The notes under the pieces are model-generated. The model ran no database searches and had not been told where the DNA came from. It was given only the letters and a program-made list of their open reading frames with translations. Positions 20,759 to 31,800 of a DNA stretch of 64,000 nt are shown here, piece after piece (within the stretch, counting starts at the first letter, position 1; each line of letters begins with the position of its first letter). Position numbers and translations under genes: made by a program. Location: contig JABWCP010000003.1 of the NCBI GenBank assembly GCA_013360215.1, positions 62,001 through 126,000 on the forward strand, given 5' to 3'. This DNA comes from a bacterium. GTDB taxonomy: Bacteria; CLD3; SB21.

Positions 20759-21820
20759 CTACTTAAAGAAACGGTGTCTGATCTCACGGAAACAAGCTAA
20801 CAGCAATATAGGTAAAAATATCACGGCACTAATAATATGAATACTCTCCGGAATCACATCGTGCATCGTACCTATAGATACTTGCGGCTTTATATCAAAG
20901 TAGGAATATACACTGTCAGTTAATGACCCCATTGCCAATGCAATCATAGCAATAGAAAACAAATAAATAATTAGTGACCTTTGCCCAAGTTTAGAACGCA
21001 CTAACGCAATCGTTGAAATGTTCGTTGCAGGCCCTGCTAACAAAAAAACCAGTGCGGCTCCTGGAGTAATGCCTTTCATGATCAAAGCAGCGGCTATGGG
21101 TGTTGACGCACTGGCACACACATATATTGGAATTCCCACCGCAAGCATTATCATCATATTCACCAGCGGGCTATGCATCACATCAATAAAAAAGTTTTCT
21201 GGTATGATTGCCGATAAAATGCCAGAGGCAATCAGCCCAAGAAGTAAATAATAAGCTACATCACCCAGTAAATCCGTAAAGGCATAAACAATTCCTGATT
21301 TTAAACGATCAAATCGCGTCTCTACAATTTTGTCAGTTTCATTATTACAATTTGTTGAACAATTACACGAAGTCTGCGGATCGTCAGTTTGCTGTATAGT
21401 GTCGTTCTGTTTTTGTGACCCAAAAATATTTTCAAGTGAACCACTGACTATGGCAGTAATGAATGCCGCAATGGGTCTAATAATCGTCATGATAGGATCC
21501 AAAAAAGCATACGATACAGCGATGGAGTCCACTCCTGTCTCCGGAGTGGACACTAGAAAGCTCATTGTAGCGCCATTACTGGCTCCGTTTTTTTTCAACG
21601 ACATTCCGACCGGAACCACACTGCATGAACATAACGGCAAGGGAACTCCTATCAGAGCCGCTTTCCATACCGACTTCCAAGAAGAATCCCCAAGATGCTT
21701 ACCGAGCATTTCAACTGTAAAGAGACCTCTCAGTATACCTGCTAAGATAAAACCAATAAGTAAATAAAATGACGCATCAACAAGTGTATCGGCAATTGAT
21801 ATAAAAATAGATTCTAACAT
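20759..21820 (-). CDS. ArsP/DUF318 (SO_0444-like) metal permease
   Basis: PLPLCSCSVVP, STPETGVDSI, YVCASASTPIA, FLLAGPATN; Cys-containing central loop. Confidence 0.88.
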   Translation of the reverse strand: MLESIFISIADTLVDASFYLLIGFILAGILRGLFTVEMLGKHLGDSSWKSVWKAALIGVPLPLCSCSVVPVGMSLKKNGASNGATMSFLVSTPETGVDSIAVSYAFLDPIMTIIRPIAAFITAIVSGSLENIFGSQKQNDTIQQTDDPQTSCNCSTNCNNETDKIVETRFDRLKSGIVYAFTDLLGDVAYYLLLGLIASGILSAIIPENFFIDVMHSPLVNMMIMLAVGIPIYVCASASTPIAAALIMKGITPGAALVFLLAGPATNISTIALVRSKLGQRSLIIYLFSIAMIALAMGSLTDSVYSYFDIKPQVSIGTMHDVIPESIHIISAVIFLPILLLACFREIRHRFFK

Positions 21821-21925
21821 ATGTGTGTAATATATGCTCTATCTGACGTTAAACCAAGTCCATCATTGATATTTCACTGTATCAATTACATCATAAACTG
21901 TACTGTTATTACTTAAAGAATTTTC

Positions 21926-21954
21926 TTGCATTTCCATGTCTCGCCGTATATATT
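21926..21954 (+). promoter_or_regulatory. sigma70-type promoter for tRNA-Arg
   Basis: TTGCAT-17 bp-TATATT, 13 bp upstream of the tRNA. Confidence 0.6.
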
Positions 21955-21967
21955 TGCGACGTCATTG

Positions 21968-22041
21968 GCACCTGTAGCTCAATTGGATAGAGCATCTGAC
22001 TACGGATCAGAAGGTTTGGGGTTCGACTCCCTACGGGTGCA
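21968..22041 (+). tRNA. tRNA-Arg (anticodon ACG)
   Basis: Acceptor GCACCTG/CGGGTGC-A, D-arm TAGCTCAATTGGATAGAGC, anticodon arm TCTGA-CTACGGA-TCAGA, T-loop GTTCGAC; CCA not encoded. Confidence 0.97.
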
Positions 22042-22045
22042 CAAC

Positions 22046-22075
22046 AAAGGCTTTAGTTTTTCTAAAGCCTTTTTT
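22046..22075 (+). terminator. Intrinsic terminator after tRNA
   Basis: AAAGGCTTTAG-TTTTT-CTAAAGCCTTT followed by T run. Confidence 0.8.
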
Positions 22076-22091
22076 ACTTTACGGCACTTCG

Positions 22092-22778
22092 ATGCACCGC
22101 ATTCTCGTTATCATACCTGCTTTTAATGCCCATTCAACAATCAATGGCATTTTATCTGTTTTAAATCAATTTAAAGATCGTTCCCGACCGCTTGATATTG
22201 ACCTAGACACGCTTGTTGTAGACGACGGTTCAGAGCCCAGGCTAGAAACTCACCTTAATTCAGGCTACGGACATATTATTACACACACACTCAATAAAGG
22301 CAAAGGCGCTGCTTTAAAATCAGGTTTTAAGTTTGCTTCCGATGAAAAGTATAACTATGTCGTAACGATGGATGCCGACGGACAGCACGATCCCAATCAA
22401 CTGCTTGAGATGGTTTCGTTTGGGTTGCGCGGCGACTACGATTTGGTTATTGGCGAGAGAAATATAAGCTTAAAATCAATGAGTTTGGGGCGTTTTCTCT
22501 CTAACAAAATTACCACAAAAATTATTCGTAGAATGAGCGGTTTAGATATTAAAGATAGTCAATGCGGTTTTAGGTTTATCAAAATTGATCTACTGGATAA
22601 GATTGAGTTGCATACGGATAATTTTGATACCGAATCTGAATTTTTACTTCGCGCTTCAAAATATAAGATCCAATATTCTAATTTTCCGATTCCAACAATC
22701 AACAATTTATCCCACAGTCATATCAATCACTTGCGTGATACCGTCCGCTTTATACGGCTTTTACTGAAATCTATTTAG
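22092..22778 (+). CDS. GT2 family glycosyltransferase (DPM1-like)
   Basis: IIPAFN, VVDDGS, NKGKGAAL, MDADGQHDP, DSQCGFR. Confidence 0.92.
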   Translation: MHRILVIIPAFNAHSTINGILSVLNQFKDRSRPLDIDLDTLVVDDGSEPRLETHLNSGYGHIITHTLNKGKGAALKSGFKFASDEKYNYVVTMDADGQHDPNQLLEMVSFGLRGDYDLVIGERNISLKSMSLGRFLSNKITTKIIRRMSGLDIKDSQCGFRFIKIDLLDKIELHTDNFDTESEFLLRASKYKIQYSNFPIPTINNLSHSHINHLRDTVRFIRLLLKSI

Positions 22779-22793
22779 TTTTCAGTATATTAA

Positions 22794-22829
22794 AACAAAA
22801 AAGCCCATCAATTGATGGGCTTTTTTGTT
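22794..22829. terminator. Bidirectional terminator
   Basis: Perfect 36-bp palindrome AACAAAAAAGCCCATCAATTGATGGGCTTTTTTGTT between convergent genes. Confidence 0.9.
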
Positions 22830-22848
22830 ATTACTTCTTAAAAGATGC

Positions 22849-25800
22849 TTATTTCAACATCATCATCTTCTTGGTCTGCGTGAAAGATTGTTTACCATCT
22901 TTCGATACGGCTATCATTCGGTAAATATATACACCGCTTGCTACTTGTTGGTTGTATTTATTCAAACCATTCCAAACAACTTTTTGGAATCCTGATGTTT
23001 GGTCAGCATCAACAAGTGTTGTAACTTCTTGTCCAAGGATGTTATACACCTTAATGGTAACTTTAGCAGATACAGGCAATTCGTAACGTATTGTTGTCGT
23101 CGGATTAAACGGATTCGGATAATTAGACTTCAAAGCAAACGTACGCGGCATATCCATGGATACGACAACTACGTTGTGCGCTGTGACAGTACCATCATAA
23201 CCGACATCCGAAATACGATAAGCATACATCTTCCCTGTTTCAGCAGACTTGTCAAGATAATTGTAGTCTGTCGCAGAAGCTTTGGTACCTTGACCTTCGA
23301 TGCTTGAAACAGTTTGATACTGCGCATTGGCATTCGAAAGTTTACCTGTTGAACGATAATGTTCAGCTTCTTCATCATTTACTTCACGACGTTGGATAAG
23401 CCAATATGCATTTTCCGTTTCACTTTCAGTTCTCCATTCGACACGAATTTGACCGTCCGTCGTCGTTGCACGGAAATAAGCTAATTCAACAGGCAACGAA
23501 TTGTCAAAAGTCGTAGTACCTAAGGTGAAATACGTCGGACTATTCAAACCTGCAAGTGAAGTTGCATTGGACAATATGTAACCCGCCGTATCGCCATCGG
23601 TAGTTGCCGATTCTAAAGTATCAACACCAACACCGCCAATATTATCCCATGTACTGAAGTCCGTAGAACGTGCTACTCGCAGATTAGCTTCAACTGACGC
23701 AAAATCGCTAATAGCCCTGCGCGCATACACTAAACGCGCGGTCAAATCACTGCCTGTGAAATCATTTCCAGCCGTGCGCGTAACGGTATGATATCTAATA
23801 TCGGAAACCTTGACTAACCCACCATTTAAAGTTCCGGCATTTGCCGAGGAGTGGGCTAATGAAGTTCTTACCGTCGGAGGTGTAGCATCTGTACTGGCGG
23901 CTATTTCTATTGGGCGGAAGAACCGATATAAGGCATTACCCGTAGGGAATGTTCGCGCAACATAAGTTTGGGAGGCGGGCCATGTAATTACTACATTACC
24001 ATCCACGAAGGACAACGAATCACCGCCTGTTACTGGGTCAGTTGCCGTTTTTGTTAAGATCAACGAATTCGATCCCGTCACAATGAACCCGCCCACTAAT
24101 TGCAATTCATCAGAAACCGATGTATTCGATGATAATGTCACTCTACCGCTATCAATGATACGAAGGTTTTCAAACGTGGGTCCGCCAGTAACCGTTAAAC
24201 CTGCAGCTGTTGCTCTAAATACCGTAGTATCGGCCAAAGCGGTCAGTGTACCATGATTACGGAAGCTTCCGCTCAACCATGTTGCCGTTAAATTAGCTCC
24301 ATCAAAGGTACCGCCACTATGTACAATCAAACTATCCACGTTGTAGTACGCATCCGAAGCCGACGGCGCAAACGTTCCTGCTACAACTCGCAAGTTACCT
24401 GTTACATCGTAGTTTGCGTTGGCGGCAACAGTATTTGAACTTCCGTTAACCGTCACATTATTCAATGAAGCGCTACCTGCACCGTTCAGTGTCTGTGTGG
24501 AATTACCCGTAAAATGAACCGTTCCTGACGAATGCGTGATGGATCCTGCGTTTGAAATATTACCGTTGATGGACATTGATTCGTTTGCAAGAGCTAGCGT
24601 ACCGCCGGTAATACTTAAATCGCCAGTTACACGTATTGAGTCATTGAGCGTTATCACTTGACCTGTTTTGGAAATTGTCAAATCAGCAAAATTGGTCGAT
24701 CCTGTTAAACTCTGTGCGGCAGTGGTAGAGTTAAATATTACATCACCAGTTGTTGTACTCAAAACAGTGGATAGGCCATTATTTAACCAGTTTCCGGCCA
24801 CTGTAATGTCATTGCTTGATTGTGTAATAATAGAAGCTGAACTCGTAATGGTCAGATTGCCGGTCGTAGTAATCGGCTTACCTAACGTTTTAGCCGTATT
24901 ATTATCAAATATCAAGTGGTGGAAATTCAGAGTAGCTGCAACGCTATTGGCGCCAAGGCTTTGCGAACCTGTAGAACCATTAAAATAAACCGTACCGGTG
25001 CCGTGTGTAAAAGAACCATTAAGTTCATAATCGTCTTTTATTTCAATAGTATTATTATTCGTTGCAAGGGTCGTCGCTTGTCCCAATGTACTTGCCGCAC
25101 CAACGGTTAAGGAATTAACAGTAGTATAACCTGCCAGAGTTTTTGTTCCACCACTATCAATAACTAGATTATTATAGTCAGTTGGAGAAGCCGGTAAAGT
25201 ATAACTTGCATTAACCCCGGCATAAATAACAGTACCACCGGTCCCTACAGTAAAGAAATCAGAACCTAGAACCGTATAAGTAGGGAATGAACCACGTTTT
25301 AATATCAAAGTCCCTGCTCCGTCTATTTCACCAAAATTATTTCCAGTCGTACTATCAATCGTCAAACGACCATTTAACGTTAATGAGGTAGACGCATCAC
25401 TGTTTGTCACAGTTTTTACACCATGGCCTGAAAGAATTGTAACTGGTACTGTATTATCAGGCACAGTACCTGCTGCTGCTCCAGAACCGTCAGAATTAGC
25501 CGTCCATGTATTGGGATTTGTCCAGCTAGCCGTATCCGAATTTGCGGCAGCTGCCGTACGAGAGTACAAGGGCGGATTGAATGCGGATGCCTCGCCAGGT
25601 ACCCATTCATAAGTGCCAGGTGTGAATGTCATGCTATCTTGGTGACCAAACACATCGCCTGCTGAGCTCTCAAAGCCATTGGAAGGAGTTAACCATGGGC
25701 TTGATCCTGCCCAATAGCGCGGAACATAGTTGGTTTCAGTACCTTGAGCTTCTGCATTGTTATAGTAGAACGACTGTAGGAGTTTGACGTTTGTAAATGA

Positions 25801-28800
25801 GGTTACATCTACTGTCCAATATTGATCAAGTGCTTTAGAAGGCACAATAATATTCGGATTAGCACCAGATACAGCGCGAACAGCGATATTACCCGTACCA
25901 GTACGAGTTCCAAAAGTCATCACCGCAGGAAGATAATACGAACCGTAACCGATCGGGAAAGTAAACGATGCTACAACAGGTGCTGCTGCAAGATTTTTAA
26001 TAATCTGCGGACCACCTAATGCTCCTGTTTGAATAATACAACGGGAAGCACTAAATGAGCCCGAACCTGCGCTTACCGTTGCAGAAGTATCGATAGTCAG
26101 TGCATTACTACCGGTTAAAATAATGTTCCCATCATTTGACATTGTCAGTGAATTTTTTACAGTTACCGGTGTTTCTAATCTCAGATTTTGAGATGCCGCC
26201 TTAGTAAGAGTCAGGTTCCGGAAAGCAATGGCATTTGAACCACCTATCGTATCTGTAGCAGTTGTCCCAGTAAAAGTAATTGTATTCGCAGGCGTAGTCC
26301 ATGTACCAAAATTTCGCAACGATCCACCAATTTCAATATTATTCGTACCTATAGTAAATGTTCCGCTCTTGATGTAGAGCTTGTTACCTACGCCCCATTG
26401 AGTTGCTGATAAGATAACTGAACCTGTTCCGTTAACTATAACGTTGTATAGACGCATACGCATTTGACTACTAACCGTCTGTGTACCACTTCCATTTAAG
26501 ATTAGATCGCCCGAAAACGGAATAAAATTTGTACTATCAGCGCCGGTTCCTGTAAAAGTCAAGTTACCACCGACCGTCAGAGAATAGTTGTTTGAAGTCA
26601 AGCTGATACCGCAATCTTGATTAACGGTGAGATTTCCTTTTACGATGGTATTACCTGCTAACAATCTATTCGTTATTGCTGTTCCGCCGGCCCTAGTTAT
26701 TGATAAATTTCCATAGCCACCGCCGTTAGTGCCATTGAGTGCGCCAATCGTCTGAGCTCCGTTCATAATATACGACACCAAGCTCGTATTACTAAACGAG
26801 TACGTCGCGTAGTTTGAAGGAAAATTAGTAAGATTGCGAACAACAAGAGTCGTCGTAGCATCCATCGTAAATGATCCGCCTGATGTTGAACGATTAAGCG
26901 TAAATGTATTTAAGTCCAATGTATCGCCTGCGGACGTACCATCTATATATAAATTTCCTGATAATGCAACATTAGCTGTCAATATCTTTGCCTGTGTTCC
27001 GCTAATGATGAGCGAATGATAAGTCGTTTGAGCAGGTAGACTGTATCTTGTAGTTCCACCAAAATTTACTACACCGCCATCACTACCGACAAATCCCGCT
27101 GAAAGTGAGGGTAAATTGCTGCCAGAAGTGGTATGTATTGTACCTTTTCCAGTAACACCAGAGCCTAGCGAAATGGTCTGTGCACCCATGCTCAATGTCG
27201 CAGCTGAGTCTATTTGAAGGCTAGCTGCTTGAGACGAGCCTGTTAAGGTGACCGTATGATGATTTCGTATGACGACTGGGTTTGTTGAACCAGGAATATT
27301 ACCTCCACTCAATCCTTGCCCAACAACTGAGACAAAGGATGCCGAATCGCCAGACCAAGCGCTAGTACCAGAAAGAGCTGTCGCAGCGTCACTCCAATTC
27401 ATACTACCGCCAATCACTCCGGAATTCCAACTATAAAAAGTGACTGGATTACTAAAGGAATAACCAGCGGTAAACGAAGCACTTGATAAATTAGCAGAAG
27501 TTGCGTCTGTAAAATACGATGGAGTTGATCCAAAACGAACGCTATCTGTAACTCCAGCGGCCCAAGATGATCCGTTATATCTCTGTGGTAAGTAAGAGGA
27601 CTCCGTTCCAACGATATCCGATTCGTCATAGATATAAGTATGCAACAATGTCGGTGCGCTTGTAAAGCCAGATGTCGTCGTAACCCAATACATGCTTAGT
27701 GCCGAGGCTGCATTAGAGTTAGGGTGTGCACCGCCTACAACTTTTACATTGATTGTACCGGTACCGGGTGAGCCACTACTTATATCTATATTCGCAGGAA
27801 CATAATATCCTGAAATACCTATTGGAAAAAGCATTCCAGAGGTAGTTGTGTTGGGATACGAGCGGGTCACACCAAGCGAGGAGGTAGTGCTATCAATGAC
27901 AATCATACGCGTAGCGCTAAATGCAGCACCGGCACCCCCATCTTGGATTGCCGAAGCACTCGTGCTAAGAATGGTTAGCGATCCCTGGCCTATATTAAAG
28001 AGTCCATTACTAAGGCGTAAAGTATCTTCAATTGTTAGGCTTGCTCCGGTTGCCAAAGTTAGGCTTGCGTTCGCCGTGGTCTTACTGACCGCAACAACAC
28101 TAAGTCTTGCATTGCCTGTGATCGTCTGATTAAAATTATCCGTCGTCGTAAAAGTAAGTCGGTTATCATTTGTCGTCGCATCAAACACACCGGAAGAAAT
28201 TGTCAGATCACGAGCAATATTGAGATGTGTCCCAGATGCAAGGCGCACAGTATCGCTATTGGTATTACTGATAGTAAGCGAACGTAAATTTACCGTCCCG
28301 CCATAATTGAAAACTTGAGGACGAGTTTGGTTGGTTAATCCGCTTCCATTGAATATTAATACGGAATTACCTGTTGATTGTTGAGTCGTGTTAAAACCCA
28401 TGCTCAACGTACCATTTTGCCTTATAAAAGAACCCCCAATAACTAGATTATGTTGTTGCGCATTCAAACTTGCAAGACTACTCACATAGAATTGCCCACC
28501 GATATTTAATGTAAAATCATTCAAAACCGTGCAGTTCGTCGCGGCGGAATTGGATCCACCTATATTTGCCGTATAACTTGTACCAGCTCCAATGATAAGA
28601 TTCCAGAAAGGTGCATCAGAATGAACGACACAGTTAAAATTGCCTGTAAAATTAGAAGTGAGGATTTGAACTGTACCGCCACTCACACTGTAATTTGAAC
28701 CGACTAAAATCAACAAGCCTCTACCATTGCTTGAAGCGCCTCGACGGACAACGTTCAACGTACCGCCTGACATGGTAAATACGCCGGTAGTACTACGAAG

Positions 28801-31800
28801 TGTAAAATCGGATACACCATAAGCCGTACTATTGGCACTTTCAGCCTGATATCTTGATACACTCACAGTTCCTGCACTCTGCGTATAATTCAATGGTTGA
28901 ACATTAGCGGTCGGATCAGAAAGCGGTCTAATTTTCCCTGCAACAGTAAGCGTTCCTCCACTAACATTTATTGCTGGCACCACCCCCAAACCATTCGCAG
29001 TATCATAACTTATATCACATGTATTGGTACCTCCTGCGGAAACACCCACATTCACCGTACCATTTGAAATTTGCAAAGTTCCGTATAATTTCAAGCTGTT
29101 ACTTCCACTACTGTTATCCAACGTCAATGTTGCATTGGAATTGTCAACCCACAAACGGGCAGAGGCCGGTATCGTGTAGTCATTTCCAGTAGATATCGTA
29201 TAGGGAAAATTGAATGAACCAGCTAAACGCAGGGTGCCGCTTGTCAAAGTCAACGCTTTATTAACTGCGCTTACGGAACCGTTGATCGTAGGAGCATTCG
29301 TTAGATTTAGTGTCAAAACAGGGGTTTGCGACGTTCCTTTGTTTACAATAAGTCGGTTAAATGTCGTCGTTCCGGAGCCAGTGATAGCTGCGTCCGACGA
29401 ACCTGTAAAAGTAACATTGCAAACATTAGTACCATTGACCATGTTAAAAGTACCATTATTGATCAAACTATCTCCAATGGATAAAGCATGCGTGAGGCTT
29501 CCGGTAGATGAACCGATACTAATCGTACCTGAATTTTCGACATCGCCGGATACAGATATCGTTCTGGCGTTTAATGAACCTCGGAGCTGGAGAATGGCCG
29601 ATGCATGGGACACGCGTAGGTCACCGCCGATCGTAACATTACCCGATGCGCTACTATCAAAGTATACCGTCTGAGCTGCATTAAGCGTCATATTTCCTGA
29701 AATTGATAATGTCGTATTCGGCATCGTACGATCACCAGCACCCGAATTTGTTATTGTCAGATTATTGTAAGTTGTTGGGCTTGATGGTAACGTATACGAT
29801 CCAACACCTGAATAAGCAACCGTTCCACCTGAAGAACCCAAAAATGAACTCCAATCACCAGACGGGAATGTAGGTGGCGTCGATGTACTCGAACGCAATA
29901 TCAGCGTACCCGTACCTGATGAAACACCAAAATTAGATCCAGTAATTCCAGGGTTGATATCCAACTGTGCTCCAGACTGTATTTCCATACTTGCAGAAGT
30001 AAGGTTATTATTATTTACATAGACGATATGACCAGAACCAATCACAACAGGTCGGCTTGAGCCTGGAGTAGTTCCTGCAGCAGAGCCACCTACACCCGTA
30101 GTGGACCACGTGTTGGGGTCTGTCCAATTTCCGGTTTGACGTGAATAGTACGTCAAAACTGAACCAAAATCTGCCGGTTCACCTGCCGTATAATCACCTG
30201 TAATATAACTAACACCATTAAAATAGATGGTGTCTGTAGCATTACCATCGGATACGGCAGTTACGTCATTGATACGTGTCCAAGTCGTCGGTGTGTATTT
30301 AGCCGGGATATACGCGCTTTCCGTTCCACGTCCGGATTGATCTGCATCCACGTAAGCGAACTTGGAGTTCACAACCGGGGATGCGATTGTTGTTGACGCA
30401 ATCCAGTAATAAGCCAATTCCAAGTTAGTGGGGTCCGTAGTGACAGGATGCGCACTATTGATCGGCTTTAAAGTGACGTTACCAAGTACGGCCGCTGTCG
30501 TTAAATCAATAGTTGCCGGCGTATATTTACCTGATACACCAAATGGCCATGTAAACGAACCTGTGCTGCCGTATGGCTTAACCATGCCGTCGTCGGATGT
30601 GCTTCCGTTAGTTGTAATATAACGTGCAGGCGACGACGCACTGATATTGGTAAAAAACGGTGTCATTTTGCTGCCCATTGTGAGCGTATTAGCACCGATG
30701 TGCAAAATACGATCATCCGCAGCCGCCGAAGCTTCAAAAAGCAATGAATCATTGATAGTAAAATCGGACGCCGCTGTCACGGTTACATCGGTTCCTGAAA
30801 CGCCAAATATCGAAAGACGGTTGATCGTTCCCGAGCCGTCGCCGGTGATCGTATGTGTCGTGGCGCTATCCAAACGAATAAAGCCCGTACCACTATGCGT
30901 ACCATTAACACGTAAATTTCCAGATACGATGGCTTCAAAACCACCGTCGGCCAAGGTTGACCCCGACTCAATAACCAAACTATCTATAATACGGCCGGTT
31001 GTTGGTAAATTGGCATGCATGGTTAGTGTATTTCCGCTGGTCATATTGACCTTAAGATGTTTTTTACCTGTACCCGACCATTCACCGGCAGCTGTGTTTT
31101 TGCTTGTACCGATGTATTCGATCGTATAATCATTTCCGCCAAGATTATTGGATGCCGTCATAGTGCCTGCATCACGTTTAATCGTAGAGCCGCTGGCCAT
31201 AGTCAGATTGGAACCAGCCGCTAAGGTCGCCGACGTCAAAAGCAAAGTCCCGCGTACCGTTTGAGACGAATTCATCTGTTTGGTTCCGTTGCCGGAAATA
31301 GTAAGGTTTCCGAACTGAGCAGAACCACCGGCATCAACCACAGTTGTACCTGTGCTTGCACCATCATACATCACTGTACTAGTGGAAGCAAGAGTATAGG
31401 AATTGAACCCCTGAGGAAAATAATCAAAGTTCTGAACACTGCTGATACGTAATGTACCGGAGGAACCGATTTCCATACCAGCCACGCCTGATCCGTCATA
31501 ATCAATACGATTTCTATTTTGACGGAACTCACCGGCACGTATAACCAAACTATCATTCACTGTGAGCACCGAGTCATGCGAACCGCCGGAATTCTGAAGC
31601 GTAAGTGAAACATGACGGTTACTGCCGTTTGGGTTATTGATCAAGAATTTACCGTAAGGATTAGAACCTCCAAAATCAGCGAGGGTAATATCAAAACCAT
31701 CACTGGAACCGTCTTCAGAAGCACTACCATCGCCAAAGGATGTCGTTCCTTGAAATACTACATCAGTTACTTCATTAAGTGCTGTGGGTAAACCGGAAAG